Position numbers and translations under genes: made by a program
Assembly: GCA_049515535.1 (NCBI GenBank)
Contig: JBEKTZ010000004.1
Span: 201,462-265,461, forward strand
Source of the DNA: Candidatus Aminicenantales bacterium
Lineage (GTDB): Bacteria; Acidobacteriota; Aminicenantia; Aminicenantales; UBA4085
DNA: 64,000 bases
Direction of reading: 5' to 3'
Part shown: piece by piece, positions 20,012 through 29,841 of the stretch
Layout: each line of letters starts with the position of its first letter
Position numbering within the stretch: position 1 is the stretch's first letter
Notes under the pieces: model-generated
The model's database searches: none
What the model saw: only the letters and a program-made list of their open reading frames with translations
Told to the model about the DNA's origin: nothing

Positions 20012-20968
20012 ATGTCAGGAATCTCTAGGATGTTTCTTCAAGGACAGAAAGTCGGAAAGTATGAAATCATCCGTTCCCTTGGGAGCGGCGGATTCGGGTC
20101 CGTCTTCCTGGCTAAAGACACGTGGCTCGACATCAAGGTGGCCATCAAGGTTCCCCATAAGCAATCCCAGGAGCTTTTCAAGCTCCTCAAAGAGCCACGC
20201 CTTCAGGCCGCGCTCAACCATCCCAATATCGTCCGCATGATTTCGGCGGAAAAAGAGGACAAGACTTTTTTCATGGTCATGGAATACGTTCGCGGGAAGA
20301 CGATGGAGAAGATCCTTCAGAAAGAGAAAGTCCTCGATGTGGAACAGGCCATGGACTATACCAAGCAGCTGTGTGCCGGCGTGGATCATGCCCACAAGAA
20401 CAAGATTATCCATCGGGATCTGCGACCATCGAACATCATGGTCTCGGAGGAAGGAACGGTCAAAATCACGGATTTCGGGACGTCGGCGTGGCTGCAGAAC
20501 GTGCCCTATGCTTCGACGCGGATCGGATCGCCGCCCTACATGGCGCCGGAGCAGTTTCAGGGCAAGGCGACATTCGCCTCGGACATCTATTCCATCGGCT
20601 GCATCCTCTATGAAATGATCATCGGCCGTCCGCCGATTTTCGATCCGGATCCTTTCAAGATTCTGGAAAAGGCGCAGGAGGGCAAGATCACGCCTCCGCG
20701 CCTGAAAGACACCCGCGTTCCTCGCGAGCTCGACGACATTATTATGAAATGCCTAGCGTCGAAGGTCGAGGATCGCTACCAGCGCCCTTCTGAAATCATA
20801 CGGGCCATGTCCGAGATCAAGGGCGAGAAACACCATAAATCCGAGATCGAGGATATTCTGGGCCGGATCAAGGCCCGCGAGCAGTCCTCGGCCGAGCAAT
20901 GCTGGAACTGCCGGCGACATCTGCCGCTCCGCTCGAAAATCTGTCCTTATTGCGGAGAATCCGTATAG
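20012..20968 (+). CDS. Ser/Thr protein kinase with C-terminal zinc-ribbon (CWNC...CPYC)
   Basis: GxGxxG loop (LGSGGFGSV), catalytic loop HRDLRPSNIMV, and DFG/APE motifs. Terminal CWNCRRHLPLRSKICPYCGESV forms a zinc ribbon. Confidence 0.8.
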   Translation: MSGISRMFLQGQKVGKYEIIRSLGSGGFGSVFLAKDTWLDIKVAIKVPHKQSQELFKLLKEPRLQAALNHPNIVRMISAEKEDKTFFMVMEYVRGKTMEKILQKEKVLDVEQAMDYTKQLCAGVDHAHKNKIIHRDLRPSNIMVSEEGTVKITDFGTSAWLQNVPYASTRIGSPPYMAPEQFQGKATFASDIYSIGCILYEMIIGRPPIFDPDPFKILEKAQEGKITPPRLKDTRVPRELDDIIMKCLASKVEDRYQRPSEIIRAMSEIKGEKHHKSEIEDILGRIKAREQSSAEQCWNCRRHLPLRSKICPYCGESV

Positions 20969-21066
20969 ACTCCAATCTTTTCATAGCCGGGCTCCGGCGT
21001 TGACTCCACGAAGCCATTCTGAGTAAGATAACTCCTTAGGTCGAATTCGAACATAAGGAGTGATAT

Positions 21067-21996
21067 ATGAGTCCTTTTCGGGAAGATGCAATCGTCTGGA
21101 TGAACGGCCGACTCGTGCCTTGGAAAGAGGCGAATATTTCCATCGCTTCGCACGTGATCCATTACGGAAGCTCGATCTTCGAAGGTTTTCGCGCTTACGC
21201 CAACTCCAAGGGCACGGCCATCTTCCGGTTGGGGGCTCATACGAAGCGGCTCTACAATTCCTGCAAGATCTATCGCATGGTCGTCCCGTACAGCCAGGAC
21301 GAATTCAACCGGGCCATCATTTCGACCGTCGAAGCCAACCATCTCAAGGAATGCTATATCCGGCCCATCGTTTATAGAGGGTACGGCTCGCTCGGTGTCG
21401 ATCCTTTTCCCAATCCGGTCGATTGCGCGATCCTCGTTTGGGAATGGGGCAAGTATCTGGGTGACGGAGCGCTGGAGAGCGGCGTGGACGTCAAGGTTTC
21501 GACCTGGCAGAGAATGGCGCCGAATTCCTTTCCCGCCTTGGCCAAGACCGGCGCCAATTATATGAACTCCCAGCTCATCAAAATGGAAGCCAAGTTGGAG
21601 GGCTACAGCGAAGGCATCGCCCTCAACATCCGGGGACATATCAGCGAGGGCAGCGGCGAAAATATTTTCCTGGTGATGAACGGCGTCATCTACACACCGC
21701 CCTTGTCGTCCTCCGTCCTGCCGGGGATCACCAGGGAATGCGTGATGATCTTGGCCCGCGAAGCGGGCTACATGGTCGTCGAAGATACGCTCCCCCGTGA
21801 GATGCTTTACATCGCGGACGAGGTCTTTTTCACGGGTTCGGCGGTCGAGATCACGCCGATCCGTTCGATCGACAAAATCGTCGTCGGCGACGGCAAGCGC
21901 GGGCCCGTCGCCAAGCATCTTCAGGAGAAATTTTTCGGGATCATCAGAGGAGAGATTGAGGACAAGCTTGGCTGGTTGACCTACGTCAATGTCTGA
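21067..21996 (+). CDS. ilvE: Branched-chain amino acid aminotransferase
   Basis: Fold-type IV PLP aminotransferase features: [14 protein letters not shown]...[11 protein letters not shown]...[11 protein letters not shown]...[14 protein letters not shown]. Confidence 0.85.
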   Translation: MSPFREDAIVWMNGRLVPWKEANISIASHVIHYGSSIFEGFRAYANSKGTAIFRLGAHTKRLYNSCKIYRMVVPYSQDEFNRAIISTVEANHLKECYIRPIVYRGYGSLGVDPFPNPVDCAILVWEWGKYLGDGALESGVDVKVSTWQRMAPNSFPALAKTGANYMNSQLIKMEAKLEGYSEGIALNIRGHISEGSGENIFLVMNGVIYTPPLSSSVLPGITRECVMILAREAGYMVVEDTLPREMLYIADEVFFTGSAVEITPIRSIDKIVVGDGKRGPVAKHLQEKFFGIIRGEIEDKLGWLTYVNV

Positions 21997-22012
21997 GGGT
22001 GAGGGAAAATAC

Positions 22013-23167
22013 ATGAACATCAACGATATCTTGAAGATCGCGACTGAAATGGGCGCCTCCGATCTCCATCTCAAGGCTGGAAATCCCCCTCAATTGCGGG
22101 TCCAAGGCATCCTGACCTCGCTCTCACAGCTTCCCCGCCTGACGCCCAAAGACACCGAGGAACTAGCCAACCAGATGATGGGCGAGCCCCAGCGAAAGAC
22201 GCTCAAGGAGGACCTCGACCTGGACCTGGCCTACAGTTTGGCCGGCTTCGGCCGGTTCCGCGGCAGCATCTTCAAGCAAAGGGGATCGATCGCCATCGCC
22301 CTTCGCATCATTCCTTTCGACGTCAAGCCGATCCGGGAACTGCTTCTGCCGGATATCCTCGAGAAGATCTCCGGTTACGAACGGGGCTTCATCCTCGTGA
22401 CCGGTTCCACGGGAAGCGGCAAGAGCACGACCCTGGCTTCCATGATCGATTTCATCAATGGCAGCCGGCAAAAACATATCATCACGATCGAGGATCCGAT
22501 CGAATTCCTTCACAAGGACAAGAAGAGCACGATTTGCCAGAGAGAGATCGGCTGGGACGTGAAGAGTTTTTCTCGAGGGCTGCGCAGCGCGCTCCGCGAA
22601 GACCCCGACATCATCCTCGTCGGAGAGATGCGGGATGTGGATACGATCGAGACCGCGCTGATCGCTGCCGAGACGGGCCATCTCGTCCTCAGCACACTCC
22701 ACACTCTCGACGCTTCCGAAACCATCAACCGGATCGTTTCCGTGTTCCCGCCGTACCAGCAGCGACAGGTTCGCATCCAGCTCGCCAGCATTCTGCGGGC
22801 CGTCATATCGATGCGGCTTCTGCCCCGCAAGGACGGAAAGGGCCGGGTACCCGCCGTAGAGGTGATGATCACGACGCCCTATATCCAGGATTGCATCCAG
22901 GACCGGGAAAAGACCAGGCTCATCCGTGACGCCATCACCGCGGGCGTGTCGCAATACGGGATGCAAACGTTCGATCAATCGATTTATCACCTCTTCAAGC
23001 AGGATCTGATCTCGTTCGAGCAGGGCCTCCGCTATTCGACGAGTCCGGACAACTTTCGTCTGCGCGTCCAGGGCATTCAATCCACGATGGACATCGCCCA
23101 GGAGGAAATGGAAAAAACGATGAGCCGGACCGGCCTCCGCGACAACGGCCGGGAAAAAGAAAGATAG
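22013..23167 (+). CDS. pilT: Type IV pilus retraction ATPase PilT
   Basis: GASDLHLKAGNPPQLRVQG and the Walker A GSTGSGKSTTLASMID. Asp-box and His-box regions of PilT/PilU ATPases are present. Start trimmed to MNINDIL. Confidence 0.8.
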   Translation: MNINDILKIATEMGASDLHLKAGNPPQLRVQGILTSLSQLPRLTPKDTEELANQMMGEPQRKTLKEDLDLDLAYSLAGFGRFRGSIFKQRGSIAIALRIIPFDVKPIRELLLPDILEKISGYERGFILVTGSTGSGKSTTLASMIDFINGSRQKHIITIEDPIEFLHKDKKSTICQREIGWDVKSFSRGLRSALREDPDIILVGEMRDVDTIETALIAAETGHLVLSTLHTLDASETINRIVSVFPPYQQRQVRIQLASILRAVISMRLLPRKDGKGRVPAVEVMITTPYIQDCIQDREKTRLIRDAITAGVSQYGMQTFDQSIYHLFKQDLISFEQGLRYSTSPDNFRLRVQGIQSTMDIAQEEMEKTMSRTGLRDNGREKER

Positions 23168-25804
23168 ATGAACGCCCAGGATATTCGCCGGACGTTTTTG
23201 GATTATTTCTTCAAGAAAGGCCATAAAATCCTGCCGAGCTCATCGCTCCTGCCCAAGGACGATCCGACCATCCTGTTCACCAACGCCGGGATGAACCAGT
23301 TCAAGGACATCTTTCTCGGCCTTGAGAAGCGGAGCTATAAACGGGCGACGACGGTCCAGAAATGCATGCGCGTAAGCGGCAAACACAACGATCTTGAGCA
23401 AGTCGGCCGGACACGAAAGCATCATACATTCTTCGAGATGCTCGGCAATTTTTCGTTTGGGGATTACTTCAAGGAAGACGCCATCGCCTTCGCCTGGGAG
23501 CTCATGACCGAGGTCTTCAAGTTCCCCCAGGACCGCCTCTATGTGACCGTTTATGAAGAAGATGACGAGGCTCTGGGGATTTGGCGCCGGGAAGCCGGGG
23601 TGCCGGAAGAAAAGATCTTTCGGCTGGGGAAAAAGGACAATTTCTGGGCCATGGGCGAGACCGGTCCCTGCGGTCCATGCTCGGAAATCCATTACGACTT
23701 CGATCCCGGGTACGAAAAAGGGACGCCGCTCGAACTCATCGAAAAGGGAAGCGACCGGATGGTCGAACTTTGGAACCTGGTATTCATGCAGTTTGTCCAG
23801 GACGAGAAGGGAGTCCTTCATCGGCTGCCGGCGCCCTCGATCGACACGGGCATGGGCCTCGAAAGGATGGCCGCCTCGCTCCAGCACAAAACGAGCACTT
23901 TCGACACCGACCTGTTCCGGCCGTTGATCGGGGACATCTGCGGATTCGCGTCGCGGGAATACCCGGCCCACGATGACGGCGACATTGCCGTCCGCGTCAT
24001 CGCCGACCATACCCGGGCGATCGCGTTTCTGATCGGCGACGGCGTCATGCCGGCGAACGACGGCCGGGGCTATGTCCTCCGCCGGCTCATCCGCCGGGCC
24101 TTCCGCCACGGGAATCTCATCGGCATCGATAAACCGTTTGTCTATAAGCTCGTCGGCGCGGTCAGCGACATCATGAAGGACGCCTATCCGGAGCTCTTGT
24201 CGTCGCTGATCTTTATTTCGAAGATCTGCCGCGCCGAAGAAGAGCGGTTCGCCCAGACGCTCGCGTCCGGACTGCGCTATTTCCATCAGTTCGCCGGACA
24301 AGCCAAGCGTTTGGGCGGCAAGACGATTTCCGGAGAGGCGGCCTTTAAGCTCTACGATACGTTCGGCTTTCCCTTCGATCTTTCCCAAGAGCTGGCCCAG
24401 GAAGAACGGCTGGCCGTCGACGAGGAAGGCTTTAAAGTGGAACTTGAGAAACAGAAAGAACGAGCCCGTCAGTCCTGGAAAGGCGATACGCAACAGAAAG
24501 AACGGAAGGCTTATGACAAGATCAAAAACGCCGTCGTGAAGTTCTCCGGATACGACAGGGACGGGATTTCGGAAGCGGGCGTTTTAGCCCTATTCAAGGA
24601 CGGTTCACAGGTTGTCGAGCTCCGCGCGGGGGAGACGGGAGAGGTCGTCCTCGACGTCACGCCGTTTTATGCCGAGGCCGGCGGGCAAGTGGGAGACACG
24701 GGACTGATGAAGAACGCGCGTTTTTCGGCCGTCGTCGAAAACGCTTTTTATCCGGTCCCCGGGATCATCAGCCACAAGACCAGGATCCTCTCCGGGACTT
24801 TAAGGGAAGGCGATAGGATCGACGCGGTCATCGATGCGGTCCGGAGGACGGCCATCCGCGATAATCATACGGCCACGCACCTTCTCCATGCGTCCTTGCG
24901 CCAGGTTCTCGGCGACCATGTCAAGCAGGCCGGGTCGTTCGTCGCCACCGAGCGGTTGCGTTTCGATTTCACGCATTTTCAAGCCCTGACAGCCGCGGAA
25001 ATTCGGAAAGTCGAAAACCTCGTGAATGAGAAAATCAGGGAGAACATCCCCCTCGGCATTAAGGAAACCAGCTTGGAGGAAGGTTTGCGCGAAGGCGCGA
25101 CGGCGATCTTCGAGGAAAAATACGGGGAAAAAGTCCGCATGGTCTCCGTCGGGGACTTCAGCAAGGAGCTCTGCGGCGGCGCGCACGCTTCGGCGACGGG
25201 CGAAATCGGGCTCTTCAAGATCATCGAGGAATCGAGCGTGGCCGCGGGGATGCGGCGCATCGAAGCTCTGACCGGGGGCGAAGCCCTGGCGTATATCCAG
25301 GAAAGCGAGGCGATTCTCCAAGATGCCGCCGCATCGCTTCATGCGCCGCGTCAAGGCCTCGCGGATCATCTCGAGAGGATAAAGGATCTCCTTAAAGAAA
25401 AAGATCACGAGATCAGATCTCTGCGACAAAAAATGCTGCGGGAGGAAATCGAAAAACCCGCCGGTGACCTCAAGACCGTCAAAGGCGTTTCCGTGTTCAT
25501 TCAAAGAATGGATGGCTTGAATCCGGGCGAAGCGAGAGGGCTGGCGGATAACCTTAAACAGAAAATCAAATCGGGCGTCGTCATTCTCGTATCGGCGCTC
25601 GACGATAAGGTTTTTCTCGTCGTCGGCGTGACCAAAGACCTGACGGACCGCGTGTCGGCGGCTGAGATCATCAAACGGGCGGCGCCGATCGTCGGAGGCG
25701 GGGGAGGCGGACGCCCGGATTTCGCTCAGGCCGGGGGGACCCTGACGGGAGATCTGGACCGAGCCCTTCAAGAATGCCTGGCTGTCATCGATCAGTCTCT
25801 TTAA
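23168..25804 (+). CDS. alaS: Alanine--tRNA ligase
   Basis: 878 aa. N-terminal FLDYFFKKGH...TILFTNAGMNQFKD, an editing domain with H..H...CGG..H, and a C-terminal DHHA1-like domain. Confidence 0.95.
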   Translation: MNAQDIRRTFLDYFFKKGHKILPSSSLLPKDDPTILFTNAGMNQFKDIFLGLEKRSYKRATTVQKCMRVSGKHNDLEQVGRTRKHHTFFEMLGNFSFGDYFKEDAIAFAWELMTEVFKFPQDRLYVTVYEEDDEALGIWRREAGVPEEKIFRLGKKDNFWAMGETGPCGPCSEIHYDFDPGYEKGTPLELIEKGSDRMVELWNLVFMQFVQDEKGVLHRLPAPSIDTGMGLERMAASLQHKTSTFDTDLFRPLIGDICGFASREYPAHDDGDIAVRVIADHTRAIAFLIGDGVMPANDGRGYVLRRLIRRAFRHGNLIGIDKPFVYKLVGAVSDIMKDAYPELLSSLIFISKICRAEEERFAQTLASGLRYFHQFAGQAKRLGGKTISGEAAFKLYDTFGFPFDLSQELAQEERLAVDEEGFKVELEKQKERARQSWKGDTQQKERKAYDKIKNAVVKFSGYDRDGISEAGVLALFKDGSQVVELRAGETGEVVLDVTPFYAEAGGQVGDTGLMKNARFSAVVENAFYPVPGIISHKTRILSGTLREGDRIDAVIDAVRRTAIRDNHTATHLLHASLRQVLGDHVKQAGSFVATERLRFDFTHFQALTAAEIRKVENLVNEKIRENIPLGIKETSLEEGLREGATAIFEEKYGEKVRMVSVGDFSKELCGGAHASATGEIGLFKIIEESSVAAGMRRIEALTGGEALAYIQESEAILQDAAASLHAPRQGLADHLERIKDLLKEKDHEIRSLRQKMLREEIEKPAGDLKTVKGVSVFIQRMDGLNPGEARGLADNLKQKIKSGVVILVSALDDKVFLVVGVTKDLTDRVSAAEIIKRAAPIVGGGGGGRPDFAQAGGTLTGDLDRALQECLAVIDQSL

Positions 25805-25849
25805 ATTCACCCCAAAAGGGGATTGAACTTTGTCGAGAATAAGGGCATC

Positions 25850-26440
25850 ATGAAGGCGATGATGCCGATAAAAAAACGGGCGATCTCCGGGTTGTCGGTT
25901 TTCTTTTGTGGGCTGATTTCTCTCGGCTTTGGCGCGAAGATCGATCCTCGTCTCAAGTCGAGATACGATCCTATCATCCGGAGAATCGCCGCCCGATATA
26001 CCGTCGATCCCGCGCTTATCCATTCGATCATCGCCGCGGAATCCGCCTATAACCGATGGGCCATTTCGAACAAGGGCGCCTTGGGACTCATGCAGCTCAT
26101 GCCCGAAACCGCGAAGGACTACGGCGTCCAGGACGCTTTCAGTGCCGACGACAATATTGAGGGAGGCGTCAAATTATTGAAAAATCTCCAGAAGATCTAT
26201 CCCCGGCAGCCTGACCTGGTGATCGCGGCTTACAATGCCGGGCATAAAGCCGTTCAGGATCACGGCGGCATTCCGCCCTATCCCGAAACGCGGAATTACG
26301 TAGCCCAAGTGAAAGATTATTGGGCCAAGGAAAGCAGGCCCCGGAAAACCACGATTTACGAGTTTGTCGACAGCCGCGGAAAGCGCGTCATCACCAACGA
26401 CATTCGTCTGCTCTCGGCCTCCAAAAGCCGGACCCCGTAA
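25850..26440 (+). CDS. Lytic transglycosylase (SLT domain), lipoprotein/secreted
   Basis: ESAYNRWAISNKGALGLMQLMPETA...AYNAG is the SLT catalytic-Glu signature. N-terminal hydrophobic segment. Confidence 0.75.
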   Translation: MKAMMPIKKRAISGLSVFFCGLISLGFGAKIDPRLKSRYDPIIRRIAARYTVDPALIHSIIAAESAYNRWAISNKGALGLMQLMPETAKDYGVQDAFSADDNIEGGVKLLKNLQKIYPRQPDLVIAAYNAGHKAVQDHGGIPPYPETRNYVAQVKDYWAKESRPRKTTIYEFVDSRGKRVITNDIRLLSASKSRTP

Positions 26441-26492
26441 TCTCGACGGCGGCCGGGGCTCCGGGTTTTGCCCGAGGGGGCGCTTCCACCGT

Positions 26493-26523
26493 ACTCGCCC
26501 GTGGATATAAGGCACGGGCGAGT
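26493..26523. terminator. Perfect 11-bp-stem hairpin (ACTCGCCCGTG-N9-CACGGGCGAGT) between convergent genes
   Basis: Read directly from the sequence. It lies between the + strand SLT gene (ends 26440) and the - strand lipid-kinase gene (ends 26550). A bidirectional terminator hairpin is plausible, but there is no U-tract. Confidence 0.35.
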
Positions 26524-26549
26524 GGCGAGCCGAAGGCTCGTCCCTTGAC

Positions 26550-27488
26550 TCACAGATAGCCCTTGATCAGCAGGCTGCGGGGAACCATTTCAAAAGTCGC
26601 CGGCAGCGTCCCCAACTGCTCGCCGTCCAGCTCCAGAAGCACGATTTCTCTTTCATCTTCCGGAATAGCTTCGATCTTCCGGCTTTGAATGAGGCAGATC
26701 TTGGGGTGGTTCAGGTGCGTGCCATTCATCAGCTTCCAGCCATTGAGGCAAAACTCAAGGAATTTCATGCTTTTAACGTATACGAAATCGAACAAGCCGT
26801 CGTCGAGACGGGCGTTCGGCGCAATTTTCATCCCTTTGCCGAAGATCCGGCCGTTGGCCACGGCGCCGATAAGATACTCTCCCGGCGGCAGATCGCGATC
26901 GTCCACGCGGATCCGGACGCGCTTGCTTTTGTATTGCATCATGGTCGTGACCAGGCAGCGGATATAGGAAGAAGCTTTGCGTTCCAAGCGCCTCTGGTTG
27001 ACCTTATGAACGACTTCGCCTCCGACGCCGAAGTCGGCCACATTGAGAAAGAAACGCTCATCGAAGCCGCCTCCGGCAGTCCGAAATTTCACCTTGCCCA
27101 CGTCCATGGCGTTGGAGGGCGCCTGCGTAATCACGGACATCGCATCCTTGAGCTTTAGAGGGATCTTCAAGCTCCGCATCAAATCGCAACCCGTTCCCGA
27201 AGGAACGATGCCCAGCGTCGCTTCGGGATTGATGATCTTCCTGTTCTCGTAAAATCCGTTGGCGATCTCGTTCATGGTCCCGTCGCCGCCGACGCCGATG
27301 ACGAGTTCGATGCCGTCTTTGATCGCGGCCCGGGTCAGCTCGATCGCGTGGAGCGGACGATCGGTGAATTCGTATTTGAACTCCCGGATGAAATGCTTGA
27401 TGCCCTCCCGGATATGGCCCCACCGTTTGCGGGTTTGTCCCTTGTTCGATTCGGGATTGACGATGACTTGGGTCTTGAGTCGTTTCAT
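26550..27488 (-). CDS. Diacylglycerol-kinase-family lipid kinase (DAGK_cat; YegS/BmrU-like)
   Basis: IVNPESNKGQT...ELVIGVGGDGTMNEIANG...GIVPSGTGCDL is the DAGK catalytic-domain signature. Confidence 0.8.
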   Translation of the reverse strand: MKRLKTQVIVNPESNKGQTRKRWGHIREGIKHFIREFKYEFTDRPLHAIELTRAAIKDGIELVIGVGGDGTMNEIANGFYENRKIINPEATLGIVPSGTGCDLMRSLKIPLKLKDAMSVITQAPSNAMDVGKVKFRTAGGGFDERFFLNVADFGVGGEVVHKVNQRRLERKASSYIRCLVTTMMQYKSKRVRIRVDDRDLPPGEYLIGAVANGRIFGKGMKIAPNARLDDGLFDFVYVKSMKFLEFCLNGWKLMNGTHLNHPKICLIQSRKIEAIPEDEREIVLLELDGEQLGTLPATFEMVPRSLLIKGYL

Positions 27489-28012
27489 GGCTGGGGAGGA
27501 GGCGGAGGAAGGGGGCCGGGCTGTTGCGGCGCGCTCTGAGCCCCAGGCCGCGTCTTTTTACCGCAGAGCGCGATTCCGATCACGCCGCCCAATGCGCCCA
27601 GAGCCGCGCATAAAGCCGCTGAGATGAGCAATCCGAAGAATATCACGGCCAGCGAGACCGGTTCGTTTCCTTGGTTCATCAGGTCGCTCAACTGAGCGGG
27701 CATCTGCTTCATATAATCGGCGAAATATTCCATGATTTTTTTCGTCAAGACCTCTTCCATGGGACGGAACGGGATGCTGATCAACGCGCGGATAAAAGCG
27801 GCCAGGATTCCGGCAAAGGCGCCGACGAGGGCGCCGTCTCCGGACGATAAGACGATCGGGGAATCTTTCCAGAGGAGGTAAGCGGCCAGCGCGGCGCCGC
27901 CGATGATCCATAGACAACAACAACAGTTCACGAAAGGAATGCCGGAAAGAAGGCCGGCGGCCGCGCCCCCAAGCAGGGCGGGCATGAATAAACGAGGCTT
28001 TGGATCGTTCAT
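27485..28012 (-). CDS. Hypothetical small membrane protein (CCCC motif, Pro-rich C-terminus)
   Basis: Several predicted TM helices. VNCCCCLW and a terminal PQQPGPLPPPPPQP. It overlaps the downstream kinase start by 4 nt, which suggests an operon. Confidence 0.5.
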   Translation of the reverse strand: MNDPKPRLFMPALLGGAAAGLLSGIPFVNCCCCLWIIGGAALAAYLLWKDSPIVLSSGDGALVGAFAGILAAFIRALISIPFRPMEEVLTKKIMEYFADYMKQMPAQLSDLMNQGNEPVSLAVIFFGLLISAALCAALGALGGVIGIALCGKKTRPGAQSAPQQPGPLPPPPPQP

Positions 28013-28045
28013 CCGCGTTTCCTCCTTTCGGCTCGAATGATCATT

Positions 28046-28519
28046 CTATTTTTTATGTGCGCGCAATGCAAGTTCGCCCAGGCCGGTCAAGAAATAGAAG
28101 GGAAGGATCGAGCCCCAGAGAAAGCCGGTCGCGAAGCGAAGGACATTGGATCCCGTCCAAAAACCCAGCCTATTGGCGATGGCGTCGATGGCGATGGGCG
28201 CGGAAACGATCCAGAAAAAGGCCGGCTTCGGCAGGCGGACCGAAGAAAATCCCCTTTGGAATGGATAGAGGACCAGTCCTCCCAAAAAGCCCGCGTATAT
28301 TCCGAGGCATCGGGCGCAGACCGCAAGCGGGAAACCGAAGAGATGGAAGGACCGAGAAGGAATCTGGTGGCAAACCGTCGAAAAACAGGAATAGATCAAA
28401 GGCGCGACGCCGCTTGCCTGGCTGCGGAGGTAAGGCGCCGCGCCGATGGCGCCCAGCCAAAAACTCGTGATCAACAGCGTTGACCAATAAATGATCGCTA
28501 TCTTTCGTTCGATGCGCAT
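28046..28519 (-). CDS. DUF2085-like membrane protein
   Basis: Polytopic. CxxC...CARC pattern typical of DUF2085. Confidence 0.5.
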   Translation of the reverse strand: MRIERKIAIIYWSTLLITSFWLGAIGAAPYLRSQASGVAPLIYSCFSTVCHQIPSRSFHLFGFPLAVCARCLGIYAGFLGGLVLYPFQRGFSSVRLPKPAFFWIVSAPIAIDAIANRLGFWTGSNVLRFATGFLWGSILPFYFLTGLGELALRAHKK

Positions 28520-28531
28520 GGTCGTATTTCG

Positions 28532-29716
28532 TCAAGCGGCGTTTTTCCACCGGATATAAAACAGAGCCGAGACGATGATCATGAAGCAGATCGTGGGGAC
28601 GGACCAAGCCATGAACCGCGCGTAGAAATGCCGTCCCATCAGGTCATAGAACGAAAAGCCGATGATCAGGAAAGCGGCGACAAGCAGGACTTTCCAGGGC
28701 TTGGGAAAGACCGCGAAATGTCTGAGAACGAGAACGATCGCCGGGAAGGCGGAAAGAAACGTGTAATCCCAACCGAGCGGTGAGAGCAACGGGATGGAGA
28801 CAAGAAGGAGGGCGGATTCCGCGAGAACGGAGGGCCGGCGTCGCCTGCCTTTAAGAATGAACAACAGAAGCGTCGCTAAGGCCAGCGCCGCGACGGCGGC
28901 GCCGAACAGGGCGACGGACATGGACTCGTTCCCCGTCCACTTGACGAGGCAGGCCAGCAAAGAGACATTGTCCTGGGAGGTGAAAAGCGAAGGGGTGGAT
29001 TGAGAGAGGCTCACGATCCATTCCTTGATGACGGCCAGGTTTCCCTGCGGACCGTAGAAGAAAATCGGGACGCATAACGAAACGGCAAGGACCATCATCC
29101 CGGGCGCCAGGACCCGCCATTTCTTTTTCCATAGGAAATAAGGAAGGAAGATCAGGGCATAGGGTTTGAGCGCGGTAGCCAACCCCCAGAACAAACCGGC
29201 CGTTCGTTCGCTCGTCGCTGAGGGCATTTCTTCGTCTTTCACCAGCGACCAGGTCATTCCCATCAGGATCGCCGTGATCACGGCATTGATCTGTCCGAGC
29301 TGGAGCTCGCGGAGAAAATATTTGGCGAGAATGAGAAAGGATATGAGCGCTGCGGGCAGAATCCGCCCGCGCTCGAAAGACGCGAGTTTGAGCGATAGAA
29401 AGACCAGCACGCAGGACGAGACAATGACCAGATAATACCAGATCGCTTTGGCCGCGGCGAGCGGCAGCCGAGATAGCGGAAGATAGAGCAGGGCTGAAAA
29501 AGGGGAATATTTGAACTGCCAGTGGCCGTCCGATTCCCAGCCCGGGTCGGGTTTCCAGGACCGGTAGAGCGTTTCGCCCAGGGCCAGACGGTGTCCGGCC
29601 GTATAATTGACTTGGAAATCATGCATCTCATTTTTGATTTTGCCCAGAAAAAGAACAAGGGATAAGATCAATCCCGCAAGGATCAAGAGGAGACGTAGTC
29701 TTTCGCGGCGGGCCAT
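28532..29716 (-). CDS. Polytopic membrane protein, DUF2029/GT87-like (putative glycosyltransferase)
   Basis: About 10 TM helices with loop motifs reminiscent of the PimE/GT87 mannosyltransferase family. Assignment by resemblance only. Confidence 0.45.
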   Translation of the reverse strand: MARRERLRLLLILAGLILSLVLFLGKIKNEMHDFQVNYTAGHRLALGETLYRSWKPDPGWESDGHWQFKYSPFSALLYLPLSRLPLAAAKAIWYYLVIVSSCVLVFLSLKLASFERGRILPAALISFLILAKYFLRELQLGQINAVITAILMGMTWSLVKDEEMPSATSERTAGLFWGLATALKPYALIFLPYFLWKKKWRVLAPGMMVLAVSLCVPIFFYGPQGNLAVIKEWIVSLSQSTPSLFTSQDNVSLLACLVKWTGNESMSVALFGAAVAALALATLLLFILKGRRRRPSVLAESALLLVSIPLLSPLGWDYTFLSAFPAIVLVLRHFAVFPKPWKVLLVAAFLIIGFSFYDLMGRHFYARFMAWSVPTICFMIIVSALFYIRWKNAA

Positions 29717-29744
29717 GGTTTTTCATGCTACTCCGGCCCGGAAG

Positions 29745-29776
29745 TTCTGTCAATTTTCATTTTGGAATTGACAGAA
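29745..29776. promoter_or_regulatory. Perfect 11-bp inverted repeat TTCTGTCAATT-N10-AATTGACAGAA overlapping a TTGACA -35 hexamer; putative operator in divergent promoter region
   Basis: Read directly from the sequence. It sits between the minus-strand membrane operon start (29716) and the plus-strand peptidase-TPR gene (29842). The right arm contains TTGACA, and TAATAA/TATAAT lie downstream. Confidence 0.45.
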
Positions 29777-29841
29777 TTTTAGCCGAAGTGTAATAATATA
29801 ATTTATTCGTTCGATATCCTGTCGGACGTTCAGGAGGAATC

